Shown here piece after piece: positions 26,831 to 39,068 of a DNA stretch of 64,000 nt (position 1 is the stretch's first letter; every line of letters starts with the position of its first letter). The notes under the pieces are model-generated. The model worked only from the letters and a program-made list of their open reading frames with translations. It was not told the DNA's origin and did not search any database. This stretch comes from Eledone cirrhosa. Its lineage: Eukaryota. The translations under genes were made by a program, and so were the position numbers. The stretch is taken from NCBI GenBank assembly GCA_964016885.1, contig OZ024743.1, positions 9,548,001 to 9,612,000 on the forward strand. The letters run 5' to 3'.

Positions 26831-28612
26831 CTTCTCAAAATTATGTACTAGCTTGGAAAACAGCTACGTAGTGGTTGAGAAGAGGCTATATTATGGGAAA
26901 CGTACGTCGAAGAAAATGTTTTTTTTATAAACTAGAGAAACCTGCAAGTACCTGCACACAAATGTACTATCATTGTGTATTTCAGAAAGAGTTTAATATT
27001 GGAATTCTGAAATGTTTTCTCTATCAAAAGGCTCTGAAATTCTTTTTAAGAGTTATTCAACTAAGATTTATGTAATACAAGTTTGAATATTCCAACCATG
27101 GCTGCAGTGTTAATAATAGCATTCAATCTTTGAATTGAAATCCATGAAATTTCCATGAACTAGATTGCCTTTCATAATACTAGAAACGCAAAGAAATGTG
27201 TTTTGATTTGCAAAGTAAAGGAGTATTCAGTACAAGATTTGTTAATATTTCAGTTAAAATAGAATAATATTCTTACGCTCCAATCGCTTACACGTTTTGA
27301 TGCTCAAATTATGAAAAGAGATTTATACCTAGTGAATAACGTTTACCATAAATATTAATTTATCCAAATGTCTGCTTAATCAATTTATCATATTCTTAGT
27401 TAACAAGTGCTTATAAAACAGGTGTTAAGTACAATGTATAATATTCCTATAATATTCTCACGTGTCGAGATATTTTGCATTGTATTGTAAACATGTCAGG
27501 ATATAAATATTTGGCACTCATATGCATGTAGTGTGTCAGTTACATCATAATTCTTAGTAAAAGTGTTACGTAATGGCTTCCATCCGAAGTTTCACTAATA
27601 TACCAGTATCGAACGCATTCGAAGTTGTTTTTAAAAACAAAACATACAACACCCACTAATTAGTTTACATCATTAATCTTTATTCACTATGCTGATAGTT
27701 GGTTATACATTTTTTAAAAACGTAACTGTACACATTCCTGTATGTAGTAGAGAATGAAATTCAAACAAGCTATAATTTCCATTTTCATTTTCATTTTTTT
27801 TACGAAATATGCGGGAATAAAAATAACTTTCCAATGGTTCAAGATGTATACAGAAATCAGAAAAATGCATAATATTTTTGAATCTTTATGGAACATGTCC
27901 TCAGCTAACTCACGATCAATCTGTTGAAATTAACGAGTAGTTTTGCAAAATATATGTTAACATGTAATTAGAGACAATAAATGCAAAAATAAAGCCTAGT
28001 GTGAAGCATTGAATCTTATTTCTTTTTACAACATCCAAAACTTATGGAAAACATTTCAAAATATCTAAATAAATAAATATAAATCCCGTAAACAAATATA
28101 TTAGAGCAAACATCTAAAAATAGTAAATGTTTCACATAAATCTTTGATGCAATGTAGAACCGTAAAAACAAATTTAAATTATTTCACTTTCACCTGATTT
28201 CTTGGTGGTTTCACGCATCGTGGCGACACACCCACGTCGACACACCTCAGAATATTTCTCTGGCTTTGCCCTAATGAAATCCTTTGAAAAGCAGTAAATG
28301 TGTATATGTTTCAATTAAATCCTTTCATGTGTACGCTCATTACATCAAACTTAACGTCAAGGAGATCGTTATATTTTTAATGGGGCACTCATTAAAATAT
28401 GCAACTATATCTGCTTAAGATCTGCCATACCTTGCTACCTATTTCTTGTTTCTCTTACTGTGCTTCTTTATTATAATGCGTGTGAGTTTGAGTGCTTTGA
28501 CTGCGCATGTGCTGTCTTGTTCAACAGTGCAACTCCAAGAAAGAGATCGAAAGCTAGTGTATATATGTTCTATAAACAAAGAAACATCCACACACCCACA
28601 TTCTCACACATG

Positions 28613-28740
28613 TGTATGTATGTATGTATGTATGTATGTATGTATGTATGTATGTATGTATGTATGTATGTATGTATGTATGTATGTATGTATGTATGTA
28701 TGCATGTATGATGTATGTATCTATGTATGTATGTATGTAC
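28613..28740. repeat. (TATG)n microsatellite
   Basis: Visible directly. Confidence 0.95.
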
Positions 28741-30624
28741 GTGTGCTTATGTTTGAATGTGAATATGCCTGTGTGCGTATGTATATATTTTAGGAGAAAC
28801 CAAAAACGTTAAGAGACAAAGAGAGATAAATTAGCGTAGGATAAAAGCAAATAATGCCTTACCTTTTTAAAAAAATATCTTTCATGTGTTCATTTGACTT
28901 GTCTGAAATAGTTTATTGGATGCATATTGGTTATATTTAACCGAAAAATAGCATCCACCCGAGCGTTGCATATGCTATTATCGACTCAATACTTTGCTTC
29001 CTGTTCTTCTACCTTTTGGCCAGAATACCATCACTCTATTGTTTTTTCGAGACATATCGATCGTTCCTACATTTAGAAACTTCTCCATTGAAACGAAACG
29101 ATGAATAGATGGGGAAAAATTGTGGAGTAAAGGAAAAAAAGAGAAAAGTAGAAATGAACTTTTTGCTCCGACAATCAACTTAATAGAAATCTGATCATAC
29201 CAAATATTTGTTTGTTTTAATTAACGATGAAACCAAGTAATCGTGCTATTCAATTTTTCAAACTTTATTTTACATTTTAATGCTTTTCACAATTGTTTGT
29301 ACTTTGTATCATTTTTGTATACTTTGAATAATTCCGTCATATATTCCATGATGTTTTTTAAAATAAAAATGAATTCTCTCTGATTTGGGTCTATTGTTGC
29401 CGTTCTATCTTAAATAGGTATCTGATTCTCCAGCATAAAATTGTGATTTATATGTATTTTTATGTAGCAGTTTTATATCATGAATCTTTTTATTTTGCAA
29501 CATATATTATATGGAATTTCGTAATATCTAAATAATTTATATATTCGTAGATAATAGTATGGAATATTATCAATATTAAAGACTTCCCCAGCACTTTCAT
29601 TTATTTCTTCATAATTATAGATTCGTAAAATTAAATGGAATAATTCATGTTTATAATATAAGGTGGTTTATTTAGATTACTTTAAAAACTAATTTCAATT
29701 CCAACTAAATAGTGATTTATATATAAACGTTGTGTATTCGTTTTGGTAAAGGGTGTTTGAAGTACAAATATCCTTCTGTTTTATTTTTTTTTGGGGGGGG
29801 GGGGGGGGGCGAAGCAAATTTATTTGCAAAGAATTAAGTTTGTCATACGTTCTTTGATGTTCCATGAATTCTATAAATATCTATAGTAAAACCATATAGA
29901 TGGTGTGGTCTTTGTTTTATGTAGTTATATAAATAAATGAAACTGTTCTCGATTTCAAACGGTAATGTTGAAACAGTACATTTAATTCTAAACCTTCATA
30001 TTATCAAAATTAAAATTATAGGATACGTATGCATTTTTCACAAAACCAAATTATATTCACAAGAATAAACTCAGTTAGTTAAAAAGCTTTTATCCGATAA
30101 ATGACGCTACTTGGTCATGTTGTAATGAATAAACATGTATACATTCAAAACATGGAAGGAATACAATATAAATTTGATCACTTTCAAATAAAAATGGAGA
30201 CGTATTTGGTTAATATAACGCTCTATATGTTGTATAGATTATAAACTTCACAGTTAACTATAAGTTTTATTTATATATTTATCAATGTCTCCAAACGTAC
30301 GCGCGTCTTATAAAATTAACCTCTCCATTATCGGACATTTTCTATATTCTATCTGTTCATCTATATCTCGTGGTAATATAGCAATATTTCTCAATAATAT
30401 AATTAAAGGGGTGGCTATTCTTTGATAATGCCTGAAACACATCAGAATAATCATGTATGTTTATCTGTGTACGAAGGAATACTGTAAAATGTTTACTCTT
30501 TATACTTTGATCTTTTTACAGTTAAGGTTTCTAACTTAAATTCGGTATTTTCGTCTACTTTAAGCTCACTTTAAACCTTCAAATGTACGCGGCATTCTAG
30601 CATATATATATATATAGTAATCAC

Positions 30625-30803
30625 AATAATTGTTTCTACTTTAGGCACAAGGCCAGCAATTACCCAGTGCATTACTGGAACTTTATTTTATCGACCCCGT
30701 AAGGATGAAAGGCAAAGTCAACCTCGGCGGGATTTGAACTCAGATCGTAAAGGGACGTAAATATGCTGGAAAGTATGGCGTCCGACCCTCTACCGATACT
30801 GCC
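30625..30803 (-). mobile_element. tRNA-derived SINE, copy 3
   Basis: Nearly identical to 4600-4777. Confidence 0.85.
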
Positions 30804-30816
30804 TCATAGTAATGAC

Positions 30817-30845
30817 AATAATAATATATATATAGTAATTATAAT

Positions 30846-30937
<92 letters not shown>

Positions 30938-30955
30938 GTAGTAGTAGTAGTAGTA

Positions 30956-30987
<32 letters not shown>
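30817..30987. repeat. (TA)n(TAG)n(TAA)n compound microsatellite
   Basis: Visible directly; abuts the 3' end of the Tx1-like element. Confidence 0.95.
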
Positions 30988-30989
<2 letters not shown>

Positions 30990-31232
30990 TTTCTTTATTA
31001 ACCACAAGGGTTTACATAAAGTAGACATTAAGGACAGTGCAGGACAATGCAGGACGGTACAAATGGGCATTTCTGCGTGTAAAAAACAAAAACAGAGGAT
31101 GTAACAAAAAATAACAATGAAAAATTCCCCAATAGGGGGGAGACTTCGGAGGGACATTTGTGGAGAAAGCCCAGTAAAAAGCCACAATGACCCTGACCAC
31201 CAAGGCAAGTGCCCTCTCCCAGTTTTCCACCT

Positions 31233-34200
31233 TTAATTTACAGATATATACTCAGAGTATATATCTCTCACCCATCTTTCAACAAAATGCTGGGAAGAGA
31301 GCACTTCCCTCTCTACTCTGATTTTCCTTTTCAAATGAAATTTGAAAAAGTCAATCAGAGCATCACCGAAGAGGTAAGTGCTCGTCTTCAGCCCTTTCAA
31401 ACGTGTCCACCATACTATCTCTTTCGCCATGGCCACCAGACAGATAAAAAACTGCCTGCCCTTCCCGGCTAAAGGAGGAGGGCGGGGCAATCCTCACGAT
31501 GGACTCAGATGATAGCCGGATCCGTCCTAAACGCGACAGCAGGTGTTCGACATAAACCCACAAGTCAGAAATTTTCGGACACTGGACGAGTGCGTGCAGG
31601 ACGGTTTCGTCGCCCTGCGCGCATCTCGGACATGCCCGGCTGACGGCACCTCCATGCCTGTAGAGTTTATCACGAACTGGCAAGGCTCCTCGGTAGCACT
31701 GCCAGGCCAGAGATTTCTGGAAGTTGTCCATAGGCCCCGGCCCGAAAGTTCTTCCGAAGAGATTGGCTAGTTGATTTTCGTCGACGCGTAGAGTTTCCCC
31801 AAGTACGTCGTCGCTCTCCCCCTCCACTAATCCTCTATAGAACGCCGAGGTGGAGTTTCCACCGATCACATTGCCCGATTGGTCGAGGGCTGTGAGCGCC
31901 TGAAGACATTCCTGTCTCCAGGCGCTCCCTCTCGGTCTTCGCTTGACCCAGGACTGCAGCTCCGTCAAGGAAACGAGCTGGGGGAAATACGTTTTTAGCC
32001 AACGGCGACCACACCTGATCACCGTCGAGGAAGAGGTGGAGATGTCGTAGCCTGAGCGCGTGTCTGCGCATCATCAGCCACGGCATGCCCAGCCCTCCAC
32101 GTAGCGGGTTTTGACAGCAGATGGACCGCCTGACCATCGGAGCGCGTCCCTTCCACAAGAAGCGAAAGAGCAAACGCTCCAGCGCAGTCAGGCGGGGCTT
32201 AGGACAAGGTACGACGGTCAGGCGGTAGTAGATGACGGACGCGATGTACGCGTTAGCCACCTCCGCTCGACCATTCAGGGATAGCTTCCTCTCGGCCCAT
32301 TTCTGGGTGAGAGAAGCCACCCTGCTCGTCACCTCGTCCCAGTTTTTGTCCGTCTGGAGGTCTGAACCGAACCAGACCCCTAGCAATTTAACCGGTCCGT
32401 CCGTCCAGCGCCCGACGACGCTGTTGGACGGCATGGACCTGCCTCTCCAGGTGGCGAGCTGCAGGCCCACTGACTTTTCCTGGTTGATCATTGCTCCTGT
32501 CACCGCTTCGTATTCTCTTAGTGTAGTGCTGATCGCCTCAATGTGTTTGGCGTTCGACACCACTACGGTGACATCGTCCGCATATGCTGACACAGATCTT
32601 CCGCATCCTAGTTAGCGCGGGACCCCCCTCAACGTCTCCAGTTTGTGCAGTAATGGCTCGAGAGTCAATACGTACAATAGGGACGGGAGGGGACATCCTT
32701 GGCGGACCGAGCGCATGATGTTGAACGGTTCCGAAAGGTGACCGTTCACTCTCACTACAGAGCAGATGTCGCTGTGCATGGCAGCGATCCAGCCTCTGAA
32801 GACGGGCCCAAAGGCAGCCGCCCTCAGGACTGCCGCTAGGTAACGATGGAGGACCCTATCGAAGGCTTTCGACTGATCTAAATTGATCAAAGACCCACCC
32901 GTGCCAGGTTCCCTAGCTACCCTCTCTACGATGTATCGCATGAGGTGGAGGTTGTCGTGGATGGATCTGTCGGGAATGGCGCATGTCTGCGCCTCTCCCA
33001 CCAGACCACCAACGACAAGCGCCAACCTCTCTGCTAGCACCTTGGCCAAAATCTTGTGTTTAGCAGAGTTATGGGCCTGAAATTATCTATGTTATCCCCT
33101 TGTTCGGATCCTTTCTCAGCAGTGCCACCGCTCCTCGGCTCACAGAACTGGGAATTCTCCCGTTCTGTTGCCATTTGCAGTAGACGTCCGCCAAGAGGCC
33201 TCCGAACAAGTCTGGCATCTGTACGTAAAGTTCATAGGGCAGACCATCCAAACCAGGCGATTTACCCCTTGTGCAGCCAGTCATTGCCTCCCTTACTTCA
33301 GCGGTTGTTATCGGCTTTTCGCAACACTTCTCCTCAGTGGACGAGAGCCGCGTCAGTCCGTCGAGGTAGACACTAAAGTCCATCCGTCGACCCGGCCCAC
33401 CGCTGCCCCCAAACAGCTGAGCGAAGTGTCGCTGAAAAGCTTCACACATTTGCCCGGGATCGAGTAGCATGCGCCCGTCGTGGTCCACCAAAGACCGCAT
33501 CGTGGCTTTGTTGCCACGACGCGCCTCCGCCACTCGGGCCCATTGAACGGCTTTCGCCCCTTCGTGACTGAGAGCACGCACCCTTGCTCTGACAACGCAG
33601 CCTTCGTGCTTTGCATTGAAGAATTGGTCAAGGGCCAATTTCGCCGCAAGCACGTCGGTCGCAATGCTTTTGCTAAGCGCCTCGTCTAATTTTCTAACTA
33701 GTTCTCCCTCTGCTCTATTTTTCTCTATTGCTAAAGCCTTACTAAACCTAATGGATTCTATTCTAATCGCTGTTTTCAGAGCAAACCACCACTTGTTTTT
33801 GACGATGGCCCCCGTCAACGCCCGCTTAACTAGTTCGCTAATCCGGTCTCTGTAGGCCTTGCGCGCTGGTAAGGACGCGTTTAGCTTCCAGTAGCCGGGT
33901 CCTCGTCTATGAAGCCTATCTAAGTCAAGCACACAGATCACGAATTTGTGGTCCGTGTAGTTGACTATCTTGAATTGTGGACAGCCTATGCTACACCTAT
34001 CTATTTCCCTACAAAATACTCTATCTAGATATGATCTGGATGACCCGATACGATTTGTCCAAGTCCACATTGGCACATTCGGGAAATCCAATTGATACCT
34101 GTCAGACAGTTCAAAACGCCTGAGCAGGTTGGTGAGGCTCTTGCACCCTCCACCCCTATCCGCTAATCCCACACAGTCCCAGCGTGCATCTAAGATCCCG

Positions 34201-34628
34201 TTCCAGTCGCCCACTAACACTAAAGAGCGGGACGTTCCAAGAAAGGTCTCCAGACGCCGGAAGAAATCAGGCCGCCCTGCTCCTGTCGGGGCATAGACGG
34301 CCACTAGCCTGAAAGCTTGCCCGTCTCCGCTGGTCACGTCCAGCACCACCAACTTACCTTCTGGGTCCAGGAAGATGGCCCGTATGGCGAGATCCAAACC
34401 TTTCCGAAAAAGCACAGCAACTCCTCCACCCGATCCCGGACGGCTGGGAGATGCGTACACATCGTAGCCACCGAAGATCGGTGCGAAGGCCCGTGCTTCG
34501 GAGATTCTGGTCTCGCTGATGGCCACTACATCTATGTTTAGTGACCTGAGGTCGTTGAGCAGGTGACCCTGCTTCCATGACGACCCCAAGCCACGCGCAT
34601 TTATGCTGCCTATTCTGAGTGAGGTCAT
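31233..34628 (-). pseudogene. Tx1-like ORF2 (APE endonuclease, RT, zf-RVT), broken by frameshifts and stops
   Basis: SINARGL..ISET..GGGVAVL..VYAP..GDWN..YLDR..TDH; KSPGLDGLPYELY; LDQSKAFDRV; VRQGCPL; AYADD; CPRC..ETVLHALVQC. Confidence 0.9.
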
Positions 34629-34663
34629 GTTTAAAATAGAGTGGAAAAGATGGGAAAGACCAC

Positions 34664-36763
34664 TTACCGTACTTTTCGTAGAGGAGGGATGGTTTTTACA
34701 TCCCTTTTCACTTGATCGTCTGGTGAAGGGACCGTTGAATCATCCCTTCGGCTGGTCATCGGCTCTTCTATGAGTATGTCCGAATATATTCTTCGGTTGA
34801 TAGTTCCTCCTCGGTCTCTCAAATCACCAACTGCGTTGGGGAATTTCATTTTAATGTTTGTGTATTGTTTCTGTGCTATTTTTAGCAGTCTTATGTTAGT
34901 TGGCGTTTTGATTGGTGCTGGTATTATGTAGTCGTGTTGTGAAATGTCTGTGTGTTCAATTATGTAAGTCATTAGTTTCTTTTTCTGTGTATTTATTGCC
35001 GTGCATTTGTTTTTCTGGGTGCGTGTGTTTTGTTGTTGTGTTTGCGATGTTGGTGCTTGTTGTGGTGGTGTTGAAGGTGTTGTTGTTGTTGGCGGTGGGG
35101 TTGTCGCCAGTGGTGATGGTGGTGCTAGTGTGGGTGGTGATGGTGTTGGTGGTGTTGCTGCTGTGAGTCTCTTTGCAGTAGACTTTACCTTTTTTTCATT
35201 TCTTTCCTCCCTTTTCAAAGGCGACGATGCGCTGCTTCTGCGTTTGTGCCTTCTTACGACCTTTTGCCATCCCTCTCCCACCTCACACTCCATGTCTGAT
35301 TCTGTGAGGTCGGGGAGGGGTACCAGCTCCACTCTTTCACTTGCTGTTGTTGGTGATGTTTGCACTGGAGTCTCTGTTGCAGCTGTATTTGGTATTGCTG
35401 CTGTTGTTGTTGTTAATACTTCCACTGCTGCTGCTGTTTTTGATTTCCATGGCGTGGGTATGGGTGCCACGGACCTATCGTTCCTGGTTGCCGCTTGTTC
35501 TGTTGCTGGTAGCCGTGGAGCCGGTTTCGGAAGGAGGGTGGTTTTCTCCTTTCTCAGGGTCTTCTCGTTGCAGAAGGCCCTGAGGTGAGTCTTCGATCCA
35601 CAGCGAAAGCATTTCGGGCGTTTGCCCTCAACACTTATGGGCAGTTGAGTGCCGTTATCGAAGTCTATCACATCCGGGATAGCTTCGATGCACTCCTGGT
35701 TGGTTTGGATTAACATCTCAATGGAGGTGCCGACCCAATCTTCTCTTCCTTTTTTCTGTACTTGCAGTACAGTTGTTTTGTCCTCGATTCCGACGAGGAC
35801 AGACGTGGCCAGCCAAGAAGGGGCCATCCCGGGGGGGACGTGGGTCAGTTTGACCCTCACAATTTTTTGCCCGCAGTAGGAGGGCACCAACACCATTTCC
35901 TCGCTCCATAGGGTCACTACGGATTGAGCCTTTGCCTCCTGGGGTGTGGCAAAAAGTACGTCTTCGGTGGCATATTTCTTGCCTCGGGTGATGTGCGTTT
36001 TCCGCTGCCACACAGACCCCAAGGCTTTTTGTATTTGAGCTGTGGCTCTTTCAACCCTACGGGATTTTGTACTTACAGTACGGTACGTGACCGTACAGTG
36101 CTGTTGGGTTTCGAAAAATTTTTCCGCTGCCTTGCAGATTGCTCGGTGTCCAGTTTTTGTCACCATCTTCTTCGCTTCTTCTAATTCCTCATTTGTTATG
36201 AGGATTGTTTCCAGGTTCTTCGCGATAGCTGCAAACGAGATTGGTTTTTCTTTGCTGCTGTTGTTGTTGTTGTTGTCGTCAGAGCTGCTGTTACTTTTGT
36301 TGTTGCTGCAGGTACTACGACTACTGCCGCCGCCGCTGTTGTTGTGGTTGTTGTTGTTGTTGCTAATGCTGTTGTTGTTTATGCTGCTGCTGATGCTGTT
36401 GCGGCTGCTACTGTTGTTTTCATTGTCACTGTTGCTGTTGTTATTACGGCTGCTACTGCTATTATTCCTGACGTCAGACGAATGAAATGGGTTTTCGTAT
36501 TTCCCGCACACCTGTTTCGTCGTTGTCGTCGTCGTCGTGAAGAAATCTTGCACGCTTTGCACGAGACTTTTCTTTTCTGTCGTCGTTTGCGAAAGAGAAG
36601 GGAGGGAGAGAGACACATTTAAAGAAGGGAGGGAGAGAGACAATCTTCTCTCTGCTGTAGTGACGATTGAGGAAGAAGAAGACGGAATGAGTGGGAGTGA
36701 CCTATGAAAATTCTTTTTCGTAGCCATGTTGTTTTTTTGGTTTAAAATAAATATTGGGCACAA
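34664..36763 (-). CDS. Tx1-like ORF1b, open, gag-like with CCHC knuckle
   Basis: 699-aa open frame (start uncertain) with CFRCGSKTHLRAFC, Asn/Ser- and Pro/Thr-rich tracts, directly upstream of ORF2. Confidence 0.8.
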   Translation of the reverse strand: MCPIFILNQKNNMATKKNFHRSLPLIPSSSSSIVTTAERRLSLSLPSLNVSLSLPSLSQTTTEKKSLVQSVQDFFTTTTTTTKQVCGKYENPFHSSDVRNNSSSSRNNNSNSDNENNSSSRNSISSSINNNSISNNNNNHNNSGGGSSRSTCSNNKSNSSSDDNNNNNSSKEKPISFAAIAKNLETILITNEELEEAKKMVTKTGHRAICKAAEKFFETQQHCTVTYRTVSTKSRRVERATAQIQKALGSVWQRKTHITRGKKYATEDVLFATPQEAKAQSVVTLWSEEMVLVPSYCGQKIVRVKLTHVPPGMAPSWLATSVLVGIEDKTTVLQVQKKGREDWVGTSIEMLIQTNQECIEAIPDVIDFDNGTQLPISVEGKRPKCFRCGSKTHLRAFCNEKTLRKEKTTLLPKPAPRLPATEQAATRNDRSVAPIPTPWKSKTAAAVEVLTTTTAAIPNTAATETPVQTSPTTASERVELVPLPDLTESDMECEVGEGWQKVVRRHKRRSSASSPLKREERNEKKVKSTAKRLTAATPPTPSPPTLAPPSPLATTPPPTTTTPSTPPQQAPTSQTQQQNTRTQKNKCTAINTQKKKLMTYIIEHTDISQHDYIIPAPIKTPTNIRLLKIAQKQYTNIKMKFPNAVGDLRDRGGTINRRIYSDILIEEPMTSRRDDSTVPSPDDQVKRDVKTIPPLRKVR

Positions 36764-36856
36764 AACCCCAATAAGCAGTTATTTAACCCAAAGGGCCAAA
36801 TAACGGACAGAAAGACCCCTCTCACGAGGAGGAGGGTGTTTTTGTCTACAAGTTCG

Positions 36857-38793
36857 TTACAGGAGGGGAAGGACGGTTTTTCCATCCTTTTCACTGCTTG
36901 TGGCCTCCTCAGGAAGGATGTCCTTATAAATCCTCCTGGAGAGTGCTTGTCGGAAATCTCCGATGTCTTTGGGGAATTTTTGTTTTAGTGTCATGTACGT
37001 TTTCTGTGTGATGCGAGTGATCTGTATGTGTGGAGGTGGTGTGAATTTTTGGGTTGTTGTGTAGTCTTTTTCTGTGATGCTGGTGTTGTGTTGGATGTAG
37101 TGTAATAATTGTTTGTTGTTCAAATTTAATGCTGTGTAGTGTGTATCGTTTTGGTTGTTTTGTTTTGTTTGCGTTTGTTGTGGGTTTGTTTCTGTTTCGC
37201 ATGTTGGTGACTTTTGTGGTGTAGGTGATGGTAGTGTTGGAGTTAATGATGGTGATGGTGTTGGTGTTTGGGTTGATGGGGTTGGTGATGCTGGTGTGGA
37301 TGGTGGCATATCTGTCCTAACTTTTTTGTTTCTTAATTTATTTGTTTCCCTCTGTATTTTGTTTTTGGATGGGGAAGGAAGAGAATTTTTTCTTTTTTGG
37401 TTTCTTTTTTGTTTTCCTGATACCGTTTCCCACTCCTCGTCGTCACAATCTGTCTCCAGATGTGATAGGCCGGGGAGTGGAAAATCCTCCACAGGCGTTA
37501 GTTTTGGTTGTGGTGTGGTGGATGGTGTAGGTGCTAGTGCTAGTTCTGAAGCGTTGGGTGGTGGTGGTGTTGGTTTTGCTGGTGGTGGTGGTGTTGGTTT
37601 TGCTATTGTTGCTGGGGTTGTTGCTGTTATAGTTGCTTCTGTTGTTGCTGCTACAGTTGTTGCTGCCATCTCTGCTACTGGTGGTGTTGATGGTTGTGTC
37701 ACTGGGGTGGGTAGGAGAGGTGGGTTCCTTCAACACAAACGACACACCTAGGCCTTCTGCCCTCGATAATTACGGTGAGGTGGCTGCCGTCAGTGAGGTC
37801 TATTACCTCTGGGATCTCCTCAATGCTTTTTTGGTCCGCTTGGATCAGGAGCTCCATCCCAGATCCGGATCACTTCGCCTGCTTTTCTTTTGCTACTGCT
37901 ATTATCTTTGTGTTGGCTTCGATGCTGGCGATGACGGCCGCTATTAGCCAGGGAATTTCGATGGCCGGTGGAACGTGGGTCACCCTGATCTTTACGAGTC
38001 TCTGGCCAGAATAGCTTGGGACGAGTGTGAAGTCGTCACTTCTTAATGGGGCCATGGAGTGTTCTCTAGCCTCCTCTGGTGTTTCAAAGAACACGTCCAC
38101 GGTTCCATACTTCTGCCCACGTCTGATGTGGGTTTTTCTTGCCCACACATGTGCCAAAGCTTTTTGAATTTGGGACTCGGATGCCCGTTCCACTCGGCGC
38201 GATTTTACATTTATTGTTCGATACGACACGGTGCATAGGCGCCGATGCTCCATTTTATTAGGTGGGGGGGGAGGCTGACCCTGTACCCATCTTTTTTACC
38301 ATTTGTTTGGCATTTTCTAAATCCTCGTGAGTTACCGTAAATGCTTCGAACTGTTTTGCTACTCTGGCAAAACTCAGGGTAGTTTTTTTAATGTCATTGT
38401 TGTTGTTGTTGCTATCGTTATTTTTGTTATTATTAATTTTAGTTTCAGTTGTGGTGGTGGTGATGTCATTGAAAGTCGGTTTGGGAGAGTCCATTTTGGT
38501 TGAAAATATTTCGACATCACGATTGATTTATTTTTTCCTTTTGTTTCTGTTGTCGCGGTGGTGGTGGTGGTGGTGGTGGTTGTCGCGGTGGGGGTGGTGG
38601 TGGCGGCTTTAACACCTGCAGGCATTGGTAATGGCGGGAAATGAATGTCTGCCTGAGACAAATTTAAAATATTGCTCGTGCTTAAATTGTGTGTGTTGGC
38701 AGACGTAGTATCATTTACGATGGTGTTGTCGATGTGAGGTGTTAATTTGTGAGAAAGGCTTTCAGCTGCTTGGTGCAGTGGTGAATTAGCCAT
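36857..38793 (-). pseudogene. Tx1-like ORF1a (divergent paralog of ORF1b), frameshifted
   Basis: CTVSYRTINVKSRRVERA..QIQKAL..KTHI..RVTHVPP is homologous to ORF1b and closely similar to the ORF1 at 61251-62995. The knuckle is partly deleted. Confidence 0.85.
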
Positions 38794-39003
38794 TCTTTTT
38801 TGAAAGAAATTTTTTGATAATCATAAAAGTTTAAATTTTGGGCACAAGGCCCCAATCTTTTTGGGTGTCCTTTTCGGAAAACAATGTATGTGCGCTTATA
38901 TATAGTTAACAATAAAAATTTTCCATAAATGGCAGTTTTTAACAAACGGAAATAACACACCTTTGCGGAGCTCACGATGATACGATTTACTACGTAGGTC
39001 GCC

Positions 39004-39068
<65 letters not shown>
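39004..39068. repeat. (TAA)n between head-to-head Tx1 and R4 elements
   Basis: Visible directly. Confidence 0.95.

Larger units (their letters stand above)
30988..39003 (-). mobile_element. Apparently full-length Tx1/L1-clade non-LTR retrotransposon with two ORF1s
   Basis: 5' end GGCGACCTACGTAG is shared with the copy at 61047. Order is ORF1a, ORF1b, ORF2 (APE-RT-CCHC). The 3' AATAAAGAAATC runs into (ATT)n, and (TTA)n lies on both flanks. Confidence 0.88.

Noticed and set aside
35001-37947. Plus-strand Val/Gly/Leu-rich ORFs resembling membrane proteins
   Set aside because: Antisense shadows of the Pro/Thr/Asn-rich Tx1 ORF1s.
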